This document shows, piece by piece, positions 50,931 to 64,000 of a stretch of 64,000 bases of DNA. Under the pieces are notes generated by a model. It was not told where the DNA came from, did not search any database, and saw only the letters and a program-made list of their open reading frames with translations. Source of the stretch: Octopus sinensis (Eukaryota); assembly GCF_006345805.1 (NCBI RefSeq), contig NC_043019.1:29139360-29203359 (forward strand). The letters are read 5' to 3'. Positions within the stretch are counted from its first letter, which is position 1; each line of letters starts with the position of its first letter. The position numbers and the translations under genes were made by a program.

Positions 50931-51281
50931 CAATCTATTTTATTCGTTGTATTTCACTTTCCTTCAGTTAGATGTGTGTTGATTCTAGTTGGAAACGGAT
51001 CTTCTGTGGTTGCTTCGGAGCTATTTTTAGCACTAGAGTTACCACATAGTGGATAACTCTCTAATATTTATGTATAAATTTGTATTTCCTCCGTAGTTTT
51101 TTGTGCTAAGCCACTTGGTGTTAAATTGACGGTATTATTAATTAATATCGATTTTTCACCCTCATTTATAATTATATATATATATATATATATATGGTTT
51201 AGAATAAAGCATTAAGTGTCTATAGAGCATAATATAGATTATTGAATGACAAGGGAACAGGAATTACACAATCAACTTCAT

Positions 51282-51353
51282 TAGCTTACAGCTGTTTCTG
51301 CTATAAGAAGCAGCGCATTCAGAACTGACTGCTTGTGCAACATCTTATAGCTT
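51282..51353 (-). ncRNA. Decayed hammerhead
   Basis: AGCT-ATAAGA-stem II-GAAA-C AGCT G-TA|AGCT; the 5' core is damaged. Confidence 0.4.
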
Positions 51354-51436
51354 CTATTTCTTAAAGAAAAAATAAAACAGCCGTAAGTTAAAGACACTGA
51401 TTATGTTATTGCTGTGCTCCTTGTCATTTAATGACA

Positions 51437-51825
51437 TCTATATATATACAGCTGAAGTTGTCTGTGTGTGGCAGGTTTGGTAGCCTTCAACTAACACTAT
51501 CTACTCCGAGACCCTGCACTGCAAGTTGACCAAAATTGAGAGTATGATAGAAGAAGGCTTGCTCTTTATTCCGTAGAAGATAAAATTCAAATCGGACCAT
51601 GTTAAGACCAAAAATTATTTACATCAAAAAGGCGCTTTTTTCTATGAAAATCCCTATTTTTTAGGATTTTTTGACTGCTGTGTCGCCATTTTTCGGTGTA
51701 TTTCAACCAGAAAAATGTTCACTTAAAGAGAATAACAAGCTACATAATGCAAAATTTTTACTTTTCAAAAATTCCAATTCTAAAGGGTTGAAACAAACCC
51801 GAGCAACGCCGGGTAATACTGCTAG
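51437..51825 (+). mobile_element. Non-autonomous Helitron
   Basis: A|TC start, subterminal hairpin CCCG-AGCAACGC-CGGG, CTAG|T end, no TSD. Confidence 0.8.
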
Positions 51826-52079
51826 TATATATATATATATTTTAATGAAGCTGATAACAAAAAAACTTCATAAACCGTTACTCAGATTTTCATGTAATCA
51901 TTCATCATACTGTCTGATGAACAGATACATGAAACTCTGAATAACATTGTGTGAAGTTTTTGTCAATTTCAATAAAATAGTATTTTACTCTACCTTTGAT
52001 ATTTGAATACTATTTTCTTCACCTTGTTTTGCAACAAGGTCATCGTGTGTGTGTGTATGCGCGCATGGGCACACGCATC

Positions 52080-52440
52080 TGTATAAGGATATAAAGACTA
52101 GCTGAAGGGTAACCTCTCAGCAGTCAATTATATCTCACAACACCTTAGAGCAAATAGCCTTGGAGCAAAGAAAATGGAGGCTGTTGTGTCAAAACGGTGT
52201 AAGAGACTTTGTTTCAACCAACATTAACAGGCTAAGGGGTGCAAGGCAAAGGAGAAAAGCAATCGCAAATATACTACCTGCACTGACCTGTAATCTTCCT
52301 TTGTGCAACATCTGCAGGCTTCTTTGCAAATCATTGCCAGGACTCAAATATCACATTTGACATTTGATAAGCATTACAACCGACAAAGAAAGTGTAGGTT
52401 GTCGCATCCTTATATGTCGAAACTAATGGGAGAGTTCATC
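52080..52440 (+). mobile_element. RTE (BovB-like) LINE 3' end
   Basis: YKDIK...LEQIALEQRKWRLLCQNG...RQRRK...CNICRLLCKSLPGLKYH, then (CA)n. Confidence 0.72.
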
Positions 52441-52464
52441 ACACACACACACACACACACACAC

Positions 52465-52684
52465 ATGAGAGGATGCTGAATAGTTCCTTGCTTTAAGGAT
52501 ATCTCAAAAGGCTTGGTTGGAAGCCCAACGTTCCCAATTCTTTTACAGGACTTAGAAAAACTGAAGGTCTGTTGCAATGAGTGTGTGAATCTGAGAGGAG
52601 AATATGTTGAATAGAATCATAATTATATGATCCTCCTGTATTTTCTTTTACCTGAAGCCAGGAACTTTTAAGCACCCCACTCAT
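52465..52684 (-). mobile_element. Mariner-type MITE, family of 2396-2612
   Basis: GGATGCTGAATAGTTCCTTGCTTT / AAGCCAGGAACTTTTAAGCACC. Confidence 0.7.
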
Positions 52685-53329
52685 GTGTGTGTGTGTGAGA
52701 GTGTATATATATAAAGATATGTTTGATAGATGGGCTTCTTGCAGTTTCCATCACCAAATTCTTTTGACTGGCATTGGTCATCCTGAGGTTGTAGAGGAAG
52801 ACACCCAAGGCAACACGTAATGGGACTGAACTTGGAACCTTGTGGTTGCAAGATAAACTTCTTAACCATATAACCATACCTAAATATCTCATGTGTGTGT
52901 ATGTGAGTGTGCATGTACACACACACAATATGCTGGCAGTAGTATGATTTATGGGAGTTTGGCTGCTATTTCTGGCATGTCTGGCAACTGTGAAGAGACT
53001 CCTTTCAGGAAAGTTATGTTTACTGTAATAAATCCATCCAGTTTTCATTGTTTCTAAGTTTATATAGAGCAAAGTAAACAAACGTAGAAGTAAGTTCCTT
53101 CTATAAGTATTTTCATTGTGATGGATCACTGTGTTTAGATGCAGCAATATTAGGTGCAGCGATATATTTATGAAATATCAATTTTGGAAGGTCTCTGACA
53201 CACACAAACAAATGTATATACACAGACACATACATGCATACATACAGACACACACAAATGTGTGTGTGTGTGTATATATATAAATATATATATAGAAATA
53301 TAAATATATCTATATATACATATATCTAC

Positions 53330-53362
<33 letters not shown>

Positions 53363-53441
53363 ATAAATATCTATCTATCTATATATATATATATATATAA
53401 ATATATAATGGTCATTTTTCATAGCGTTTTTCCAATGGCCG

Positions 53442-53502
53442 GATAACTGAAGAGATGGTGGCATGGATTTCCACCTCGGCATCCGAAACTCAGAGTTTTA
53501 TC
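53442..53502 (+). ncRNA. Type-I hammerhead (canonical core)
   Basis: GATAA-CTGAAGA-GATG GTGG..CCAC..CATC C-GAAA-CTC A GAG-TT|TTATC, inside a ~130-bp island between (TA)n tracts. Confidence 0.68.
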
Positions 53503-54281
53503 TTGGCTACCAAATGATTGTCACATATTACATTTACAGATAGAAATATATATATATATGTATATATATATGCATATATATATATACAGGTATACATACA
53601 TATGCACATACATATACACGTAGATACAGACATATACACATTTATGTAGAGATATATAAATGCATACACACACAAACATTTTCTTAATTGATTTGTATTT
53701 TCGTATTTAAAGAACATTCGCATAACTCCACGCAATATTTATTGATATATATTCTAGTGGTTTGTATGCTGTGACAAATATAGAAAAAACAACTGGGACT
53801 GGTGAAAATATCTATAACTGTTGTTTATAGTCATCTTTTGAAATTATGGCTAAAGGCATACGCATGGCTGCATGGTTAAGAAGTTCAGTTTGCAACCATG
53901 TGGTCTCAGGTTCAGTCCCACAGTATGGCACTTTGGGCTAGTGTTTTCCAGTTTCGCCCTGGGATGACCAATGGTTTGTGAGTGAATTTGGTAGACAGAA
54001 ACTGAGTAGGGGCCTGTCATGTATATAAACATATACAACTCTCTTTCTATACACACCTACACACACAATAACAACATAAGGGTAGTAATTCATAGGAATT
54101 GTGATTGTTATTTATCCTAAGCAGAAAGGAGTTCCCCATAAATACCCATACCACTGGATTACCCCAGGAGATGGAATTAATAGGGGATAGCCAACAAGAA
54201 GCATAGGAGCTTTTAAAAGCGCATTATGAAGCTAAACTAAACTAAACAAATATGGGGAGGGTGCCCAGTGGTTAGGGCAGC

Positions 54282-54361
<80 letters not shown>

Positions 54362-54739
54362 CAAAAAATGTTAAATATTCTGAATTTCTCGAAATTCTGC
54401 AAAAGGATATTTGGATTTACCTGTCATGCATGAGGATTTATCTGGGATACGTGATCTTATTAAATTTACTGGCACCTGACTGTTGAACATTTATAACCAA
54501 TTTCTTTCAATACCGAGTGCTTTATTGATATCTGCCAGGATTTTTAAAATCCCATTTCTTCTTCTATACATACACACAAGTGTAAGTGTGTGTGTATCTT
54601 TGTGTTTCTCCCTCACCTACTGCTTGACAACTTGTGTTGGGCTGTTTACATCCCTTATAACTTAGCAGTTTAGCACAAGTGACCGATAGAATAAGTACCA
54701 GACATAAGGAAAAAATACATACCAAGGTATACTCTTTTA

Positions 54740-55005
54740 TTCTTTTATTTGTTTCAGTCATGTGACTGTGGCCATGCTGGGGCACCGCCTTTAGTTGAGC
54801 CAGTTGACCCCAGGACTTATTCTTTGTAAGCCTAGTACTTATTCTATCAGATTCTTTTGCCGAACTGCTAAGTTACGGGGGACGTAAACACACCAGCATC
54901 GGTTGTCAAGTTATGTTGGGGGGACAAACACAGACATACAAACATATACAAACACATACATATATACAGCGGGCTTCTTTCAGTTTCGGTCTATTAAATC
55001 CACTA
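54740..55005 (-). mobile_element. Family A SINE, 3' part
   Basis: Reverse complement of the family A tail and centre. Confidence 0.75.
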
Positions 55006-56344
55006 TATTTATTTGACTAAAACTCATCAGGACAGTGCCATAGCATAGCCACAGTTCAATGACTGCAACTAGAGAGAGATAAAAGAAAAATTCTGTGCAG
55101 TGGGAGAGCAAACTTGGAATCATGGTTGGAAAGAAAAGTCAACCACACAACCATACTTGCATCCAGTTTGCACAAATTACGCTTTATAGTGTGTGCATGT
55201 CAAATCCACTTGGGGGGCTTTTTGCTGTTGTTTTTTTTGTTTTTTTTTCTCCTTCTTAAAATATATTTGCAAGATTGTACATAAAGATATACTGTTATAC
55301 TATCCAATTTATCAAGAATTCTAATAATTTAACAGACTTTTAGAGTTTTGAAGCTTCTTTTAAAAGAAGTGGAGTTGTCAACCATGTTGATGGATGAGGT
55401 CAAATCTGTGCCAAAGAAATTTTTCAACATATCCAACTATGTTTTTGCATTTCCGTTTTTTTAATTTTTTATTCAACGGTGAATATCAATGATAATAAAT
55501 GAGGAATATAAAAAGAAAACGTACAAAAAGAACAAAAACAAAACAAAAATGATTTGCCTGACTATTAGAAGCGAAAAAGAAAAAGAAAAACTAAGGCAGT
55601 CTCGAGATATCTTATTTGCAATGAGAAGCTTATATATCAAAGGACAAAAATAAAAGGATGAAAAATGAAAAACAGAAGTTAAATTCATTTGAAATATTGT
55701 GGTTGTGGGTTCAATTCTATTGCATGGCATTTTGATCTTGGACAAATGCCTCAACTTGAACAGTGCCTTTGTGGAAGTCCATCACATAAGTGTGCTTGTA
55801 CAGGCATGTGTGTGGGTAATATGTATATGTGTTTATATATATGTATGGTATATATATGTACGTGTGTGTGTGAGTGTGTATAGGTGCAAGCATGGCCGTG
55901 TGGTTAAGATGTTTGCTTTGCAACCAGGTGGTTTCAAGTTCAGTCCCACATTGCAGATGCTTGGGAATGTATTTTCTATAGCCCTGGGCTGAATAATACC
56001 TTGTGGATTAATTTGGTAGAAGAAACTGTGTGGAAGCCTATTATGTGTGTGTGTGTGTGTGTTGATGTATGTGTTAATCATGCCCACCCCCACTGCTTGA
56101 CAACTAGTGTTGGTTTGTTTATGTCCCTGCAACTTAGTGGTTTGGCAAAAACATAAGTACTGGGGTTGATTTGTTCAACTAAAACCCTAAAACCCTTCAA
56201 AGTGGTGCCCCAACATGACGTGAAACAAGAAAAAGATAACAGAAGGTATGTGTATGTCTGTATATACATGTGTGTTGGTTTATATGACCACACTCTGACA
56301 CATAAATATATATATACATATAAATGTTTGGTTATGTAAATGTA

Positions 56345-56575
56345 TTTCTTTACTGCCCACAAGGGGCTAAACATAGAGGGGACAAACAAGAACAGACAAA
56401 GGGATTAAGTCGATTACATCGACCCCAGTGGGAAACTGGTACTTTATTTATCGACCTCGAAAGGATGAAAGGCAAAGTCGACCTCGGCGGAATTTGAACT
56501 CAGAACATAACGACAGATGAAATACGGCTACGCATTTCGCCCGGCTTGCTAACGTTTCTGCCAGCTCACTGCCTT
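56345..56575 (-). mobile_element. Family B SINE
   Basis: Reverse complement of the 18110-18345 sequence. Confidence 0.85.
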
Positions 56576-57019
56576 ATAAAATGTTTGGCTATGTAAATGG
56601 AAGAAATGGATGTATTAGAGTTTATTCATCCCTTTAAAGACGATGATTCACCGCATGAGTAATTCCTCATTTCACGTGTATCCTTTTAAGTGACAAATAC
56701 ATGATTGTGTATGCATGTGTGTGCGTGCACGCATTTGTATTTGTGTGCATTTATGCGTGCGTGTGTTATGTGAACTTTGGTGATGGCTTTCCGATAAATC
56801 AGTGCAACATTTTACACTGAGATCGACTTAGTAATTTGGTAAATAGAAACAGAATTCATATTAGGCAAAGCACTTTAGGCCAACAGGTACAAAATACAAG
56901 AAAAAAATTTCCGGCTTGGTAGTGGTGCCCCAGCATGGCCACATATTAAAATAACTTAAAATCAGAATAAGAGTCAAAAAATATATTCAACTAGAGATGA
57001 AACTAATAACATAATCTTT

Positions 57020-57370
57020 TATATTTTACTTGGTTTCTTCATTAGACTGTGGCCATGCTGGGGCACCATCTTGAAGGGTTTAGTTGAACAAATCAACCCC
57101 AGCTCTAGTACTTATTCTATCAGTGTCTTTTTGTCAAACTGCTAAGTTACAAAGATGTAAACAAACCAACACTGGTTGTGAATTGATGATGGAAAAACAC
57201 ATACCCAAACACACACAGATGAAATTTTTTCTGTTTGCATCTATCAAATCCACTTCCAAGGCTTTGATCGGCCTGGGACTATATAGTAGAAGGCACTTGC
57301 CCAAGATACCACACAGTGGGACTGAACCCCCCAAGACCACATAGATGGGAAGCAAGCTTCTCGATCATAC
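57020..57370 (-). mobile_element. Old family A SINE
   Basis: GTGGGACTGAACC B box (minus), tail CAGTCAT/GGCCATGCTG. Confidence 0.7.
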
Positions 57371-59263
57371 AACCACAAAGTATGTTTCAGAATTAGATTA
57401 CTTAATACTGAGAGTAAATGAAGTCAACTCCATATTCAAAGAAAGATGATATAGTTCTGTAATTTCAATGTATCTGGAGGATTAAAGGAAAAGTTTATAG
57501 AAACTAACAACGTAAAGTAGCCGAAGCATTTAGTTCAAGATGGAAAGTGCTATAGAGAAATAATGAGTGTTTGAAAAAAAAGTGTAATTTTATACCATTA
57601 AATTGTCTAAATAATTCAGTGATGACAGAAAAGTTATAAATGACCCAATCTTTAAGAAATCACACACATATACACACAGATATAAATACATATATACTTA
57701 TACAAATATGTGTGTGTGTGTATATTTATATATGTGTGTGCATGAGCGTATGAATGTGTACATATATATATAAGCAAACATATACACATACACTCACACA
57801 GACATACACATATACATATATATACACACACACACACAAATATATTTCTAATCTTTTTTTAGAGTGAAAACCATGCAAGTTATAAGAAATCATACAAGTT
57901 GATGATCTGTACTTGTATATCAATATTTATACACACACACATTTACACACATATAAAATTCAACGCAAAAGATCTAATGTATAAGTCAATGAAACTATTC
58001 ATTTTTTAAAATCTATCAGCCAGTATTCTTTGTTGTGAATTTTTAATTAAGTTATGTATTAGCAATTTTCTACAAGAGAAAATGGTAAGGTAAAAATGTG
58101 TCTAAAGTCAATGCAATGAATTCTATGTAATGTATAATATATATCATATATACAAGGATGTCTGTGTGGTAAAAAGTTTGCTTCCAAACCTCACGGTTCT
58201 GGGTTCAGTCTACTGCATAGTACCAATGGCAAGTGTCTTCTGCAATAGCACTGGGTTTACCAAAGCCTTGTGAATGGATCTGGTTGATTGAAACTGAAAA
58301 AAAGCCAGTCACACACACACACACATATGTATATATTTATGTATGTGTTGTTCCTCATCTTAACATTGCATAGCAGTGACAAAATGAGTCTCACTGTCAT
58401 ACAAGCAGAGCAATCCTTTTCCAATATTCCAATATGCTTAGTGGTATTTCATCTGTCTTCCCGTTCTGAATTCAAATTCTGCCAAGGTTGACTTTGCCTT
58501 TCATCCTTTCGGGGTTGATAAATTAAGTACCAGTGAAACACTGGGGTCAATCTAATTGACTGGCCCCTCCCCAAAAATTTTGGGTCTTATGCCTAGAGTA
58601 GAAAAGAATATCCCTTGAAAGCATGTCTGGCCATGAAATATTACCTTACTTGGAAACAGGTGAGGATTGGTGACAAGAAGGGCATTTGGCCATAGAAAAT
58701 CTGCTTCAATAAGCTCTGCCTGACCCATGTAGGCATGGAAAATTGTATATTGAAATGGCAATACTATTTTCATATATATTTTAAAAAGGAAACATTTCTC
58801 TAATAAGATATTACCCTCATTTTTCTTAGTCTTGATCACCATTCACCACATTCAGCCAACACCCTCCATCCCTTTGTAACCTCCTCAATCCTCATTCTAT
58901 TCATCTGAGGGAACATTTTGATATTTTGTCACCACCATCTTTATTACTTTAACTCCCGCCCCAATTACTCCTAGCCACTGTAATATGATGTGTGGTAGCC
59001 ATGAATCTCCTCTAAAACAGGAATCCTGTTCCTGTTCCTTCTTTCAAGCATGGTGTTAAGTGCTTTCACTGTTTATAACTTTTCAAATACACCTGTTATG
59101 GGGTAGTCCAGGTAAGTGTGTGTGTGTGTGTGTGGACAAGAGAGAGAACAAATACTACAATGCCCTCATTTTGGTATGTTGACGCAAATGACAATGTGTG
59201 TATAGACAACTCTACATAAATGTAACTGCCACATATTTTGAATAACTATTTTTTTGTTCAGTA

Positions 59264-59306
59264 GCAACTGATGAGGTGAAAAGTCACCAAAACAAGTGGG
59301 TATTTT
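59264..59306 (+). ncRNA. Decayed hammerhead (G12A)
   Basis: GCAA-CTGATGA-GGTG AAAAGT CACC-AAAA-C..G-TA|TTTT. Confidence 0.4.
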
Positions 59307-59507
59307 GTAAGGTAGCTTGTAAATATCATATACTTAGGTCATGTATTTATGTCCAACCCTTCCTGTTAGTTTAATTCACTTAAAATCAGAGCATCAACCA
59401 ACTACCTGTTGAATCATTGTGTCATGTCATTTATTAAATATTTCACTAAGAGGAAGAAAACTTTTCCTGCCAAGGTTCATGTCTATTTATCTACAACACA
59501 CACAGGC

Positions 59508-59544
<37 letters not shown>

Positions 59545-59985
59545 CTCACATATACACACAGGTACAGACAGTATGATCATCACTGTTGTTTTAACATTAA
59601 TTTTTCTATTTCTATATTTGCCAATAGGAAACAATAGAGAGACGTATTTAATGTAGGAATTGATAACTTAAAGTTCAAGTACTATTTGGCTATATGCCAC
59701 CATGTTGTTTTAACTCCAAGATGCAATACACAATAAATGAGTAAAAACTGAATAACAACAACAACAATAATAATAATAATAATAATAATGATAATAATAA
59801 TAATAATGGTAGTGGTGGTGGTGCAAAAACTTAATGTATAGACATTACGAAAACTTCTAACCTCAAGTAAACTTTGTCTGAAATGATTACAATAAGAGAT
59901 ATGTTCATCTTCAGATGCTTTATAATGATGCAATAAGAAAATTTAAGATCTCTTTTTGAAACACTTTCATGAACTTTATATATAT

Positions 59986-60034
<49 letters not shown>

Positions 60035-60055
60035 CATACATACATACACACATCC

Positions 60056-60088
<33 letters not shown>

Positions 60089-63000
60089 TATACATACATA
60101 CACACATACACACATCCATATATATATATATATATATATATAATACACAAATATACATACACTAATTACATTACTACGGTGGTAAATGACCAGCTATGTG
60201 TCCATAAGATAACAGAGTTCAGCTGATTAGTACTTGCTAGTATACTGAATTTCCAGAAAGAGAGAAAGAGAAAGACTATATTTGTTTTTGCTTTATTTCT
60301 TGCACTCTCTCTCTCTCTCATCCGGTTTTATTTAACTTCATCACTGAAAGTTTGGCAAAGAATCAGGCGTGAACAAAACTGTATTAGTTCTCATCATTTA
60401 TACACTTTCTGATCAAGGGAAAGGAAAAAACAAAAACAAAAAGAAAATACCAAAAAAAAAAAAAAAAAAACAACAATTGGGTATCTGAGTTGCTGGTCAT
60501 TTGCATACAAGATTAACACACTAAATACATGTAGTTGAGAAGAAGAGCCTTTTTATTTGGTAACAAAACACAAGATATGTGTGTGTGAGTGTGTGTATAT
60601 ACACGCACCTTTGCATACCAATATTAAATTAGTATCATAACAAAATAATTCCAAGACCGTAATTATTCTCACTTAGAGGTTTTAATAGCAACTGTTTACA
60701 TGTTTAAGCACGATAAGAAAAATAAACCGTCAGATTTATCAGCTGAAGATGTACGCTTGAACTATCAGGCAGATAATACATATACACCAATCTATGGACA
60801 CTGTATAGTCAAATATTGATTTCTTTTTAAACAAATCTTGTAGGAAGCTTTATCAAATGGATGTAAACCTATTATATGGAAACAACTGGAACATAGTTTA
60901 ATAACTAGTAGCTTACTGCAAACACAAAGAGGAAAATATTTCAAACTCATTTATCTCGTATAAATGAAATCCATAAATTTTCATGAAGCATAGAAATACA
61001 TGCAAAAGTCAACGGTAGGAAGAACAACGTAAAAAGGATTATTTAATTGAATAAATAAAGCAACATACCAGCCTTGTCACATTTTAAAATCCAAATGCAA
61101 GATCCATTATTAAATGCTACGGTATCAGGCTGTAACCACAACCAAAGTGCCTCATCAACAACGGAATGAATTTGTTAAGATTTATTCAACTAGAAATATG
61201 CATTAACATTAGCTGATTATAAATCAAGCAAGAGAATTACTGATAAATGCACTTTCGGAAATAGGTCAGTGAAGGGCATCATGCAAATTCAATGTATTTT
61301 CCTGAATTCAACATATTTCATAAGAAGATATGGCCATCTTTTATCTTTTACTTCTTTCAATCATTGGACTGCAACCATGCGGTAATTGGACAGCACTGCT
61401 TTGATGGGTTTACTAGAAAAACTCAACACCCAGTTTTTATTCCATTTTTTTCTTTCTGAAGTCTCTTAGTTATTCTATTGGTTTCTCTTGCTGAACTGCT
61501 AAGTTTTCACCCCCACAAAGCAATGTAGGTAAAAGTTTTTACTCACAATGCAATGAACAACTTGAGGCTACTTCAGTAGAAAACATTGTCCAAGGCTGCA
61601 TAGTGGGATTAAAATTGGAATTAGGTAATTGCGAGACAAATTTTGTGAAAGAACATTTTGGATAATGTAGTCCTGTAATACTTCTGAATATGTGTCTGCT
61701 CAACTGAAGCTTACCTGGAGCTAAACAATAGCAACAAAAGGATGACAATGGTTTAGAAGTTCCAGCCATCCGACTTCTCTACCTACTATTTCTGGGAGGG
61801 TCATAGGAGTAGAGTTCTCAGGCACCTTCTCCATAGGGTCCTGTCAGATACAACTGTCCATTAGAGTTTCCAGCTACACTTCCAAGTGTGACCAAGTGAG
61901 ACTATAGATATTACCCAACCATCTCACTCTTGCTCTATTCTTAGGTCTCCTGCCAATTAGCAAAAAAAATTCCTTTTGATTATAGTTCTGCTCATTTAGG
62001 ACTAACATTAGGATAAATAATGGTTTCAAATTTTGGTGCAAAACCAGTAATTTGGGGAGGGGGAAAGTTGAATTCATTAACCCCAGTACTTATTTTAACC
62101 CTGAAAGGATAAAAGTCAAAGTCGACTTTGGTAGAATTTGAACTCAGAATGTAAAGACAGATAAAATGTTTTTAAGCATTTTGACCAGAGCGCTAACGAT
62201 TCAGTCAGCTTAGGATAAATAACAAGAATAAATAATTTGTTGTACAGACCAAATAAATTGAAAATGCCATCAATGAGGAAGAGAGAGAGAGAGAGAGAGA
62301 GAGGAAAAGAAAAAAAGGAAAAAAAATTACTATTTATTATTATTATAGATAAAGACAATTTTGATGAGTGAAACATCTTATTGTTTGGATGAAAACCGCA
62401 TATTTCCATCCATCCCCGTTGCCACTCTGTCATCTGTTATTTCATTTACAAGTGTGAGGTTTGATAGATATGAATGAAGTGTATTGTCTTACTCATTGTC
62501 TAAGCTTTATGTTCAAGGACACACAAGTTAAGAAGTTGGAACACATAAAAGCTGACTGTTACATAAATGTAAACAACGCTAATGAGTAAGACAATTAAAC
62601 GAGAGTGAGAACTGCTAGCAAAAACAAAACAAAAAACAAAATCAGAGAAAGAAAGAAAGAAAGAAAGGAAAAAGCAAAAGAAGGCAATAAAATAAAGAAC
62701 AGCATACTGAAAATTACAGAGTAGACGGAATCCATAATTAACAGGTAAAAAAAAGTATGGTGGCAGCCACAGGAAAGATGTGTGTCTGTGTATTTGTGGG
62801 AATATGCTTGCATGTGTATGCGTGTGTAAATGAACATAAGGGATTATTTTTGTTCCCTTATTTTATTTTGTCTTTGAAACTGAAGAGCTACAGGACTATA
62901 TGTGAAGAGAATGTCATCGTAACTCAAACGGATTCATGGAAAGATGTGAAATGTAAACAGGTGTGGCTTTGTGGTGATGAAGCTTGCTTCCCAACCACAT

Positions 63001-63095
63001 AGTTTGGGGTTCAGTCCCATCACATGGCACCTTTGGCAAGTGTCTTTAACTATAATTGATCAAAGTTTTGGTACATGGAAATTGATATATGTGTG

Positions 63096-63139
<44 letters not shown>

Positions 63140-63141
<2 letters not shown>

Positions 63142-63278
63142 TATATACAATGAGCTTCTTTCAGTTTCTGTCTACCAAATCCACTCACAAGGCTTTGGTC
63201 GGCCCGAGGCTATAGTAGAAGACACTTGCTCAAGGTGCTACGCAGTGGGACTGAACCCAGAACCATGTGGTTGGTAAG
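63140..63278 (-). mobile_element. Family A SINE, 5' half
   Basis: CTTCTTTCAGTTTC...GTGGGACTGAACCCAGAACCATGTGG. Confidence 0.8.
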
Positions 63279-63689
63279 TTCTATTTTCCTGTTTGCATCA
63301 GCATCTGCTAAATTTCTAAAATCAAAAGTACAATATTCATGAAACTGTTACAGAAACAGAGGGAAAGAAATATCTAACTATATCATGAAAACTATTCCAT
63401 TAGGAAAAAAAGGCAAAAAAATGGGGTCACTCTACCTGTTGTAGAAATAGCAGTCAAATCACCCTGCTATAATGCCTACCATCTATTAATCCTTTTGTTT
63501 CTGTATTTATGTTGAAATATGACTTTTTGTTTCAATTATATTTCAAAATGATGAAGGATTTTGAAAAATAGTTTTGCCAGTATTACGTTAGGGTCTGGAA
63601 CATTAAATAACAAAAAATTTTGGTGGAAGGTTTTAAATGAAATCATTTTAAAACAGAAAGTTTGTATCATAGAAGTAGATGCAGTTTTA

Positions 63690-63835
63690 GGCAGGCTGGT
63701 ATCAAAAGGGTAGCAAGCCAAATCAGACAGGAACCTGGTGCAGTTCTCCAGATTGCTAGCTCTGGTCAAACTGTCCAACCCATGCCAGTACGGAAAACAG
63801 ATGTTAAATGATGATGATGATGATGATGATGATGA
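63690..63835 (+). mobile_element. Retroposon 3' end with (GAT)n tail
   Basis: CTGTCCAACCCATGCCAGTACGGAAAACAGATGTTAAATGATGATG. Confidence 0.7.
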
Positions 63836-64000
63836 TTAGATAATGTGGTTTTTATACATGTTGAAACAATGACCTGAGATGGTCATGGTTAGAATGCTTT
63901 CTTTCGATCACTGATCTGTCTGTTTGATCCACCGTTGTTGTTCACCTGAGCGGGTATGGAGGGGCAAACTACAACAGGTACAACAACAACAACATTACCT

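Larger units (their letters stand above)
49678..51172 (+). mobile_element. Hammerhead-bearing tandem array (490-bp unit x ~2.65) with 5' inverted copy; non-autonomous Penelope/retrozyme-like element
   Basis: Units start at 49869, 50359 and 50849; 49678-49868 is the reverse complement of ~49910-50100; (TA)n on both sides. Confidence 0.85.

Noticed and set aside
59050-59112. Strong plus-strand donor CAG|GTAAGT
   Set aside because: All frames from the nearest acceptor are closed; the region looks like a minus-strand LINE remnant.
1306-63277. Most ORFs in the supplied track (YI, CV, HT, LS and poly-I repeats, and SINE-derived peptides such as EDTCPRCHAVGLNPEP)
   Set aside because: They are translations of microsatellites or SINEs, not genes.

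Overview
This is AT-rich, microsatellite-dense animal genomic DNA. The SINE and MITE repertoire looks cephalopod, probably Octopus (inference, not verified). I could not assemble a complete protein-coding gene: nearly all ORFs in the supplied track are microsatellite or repeat artefacts, and only a few isolated splice-bounded exon candidates remain. The window is mostly transposon debris: several tRNA-derived SINE families, hAT, mariner, pogo and piggyBac MITEs, a non-autonomous Helitron, a deleted mariner, a DD37D (maT) remnant, RTE and other LINE remnants, two R4/Dong-type fragments in (TAA)n, a decayed Penelope RT/GIY-YIG element, and a 5S rRNA-derived segment joined to a SINE body. The most notable signal is a set of minimal type-I hammerhead ribozyme (HHR) motifs of the Penelope/retrozyme kind, from several unrelated families. 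The main case is at 49678-51172: about 2.65 near-identical tandem 490-bp units, each with a complete HHR (variant CCGAAGA core, palindromic AATT loop III, GUA site), preceded by a ~190-bp inverted copy and flanked by (TA)n. All folds were done by eye and no ribozyme activity has been tested.
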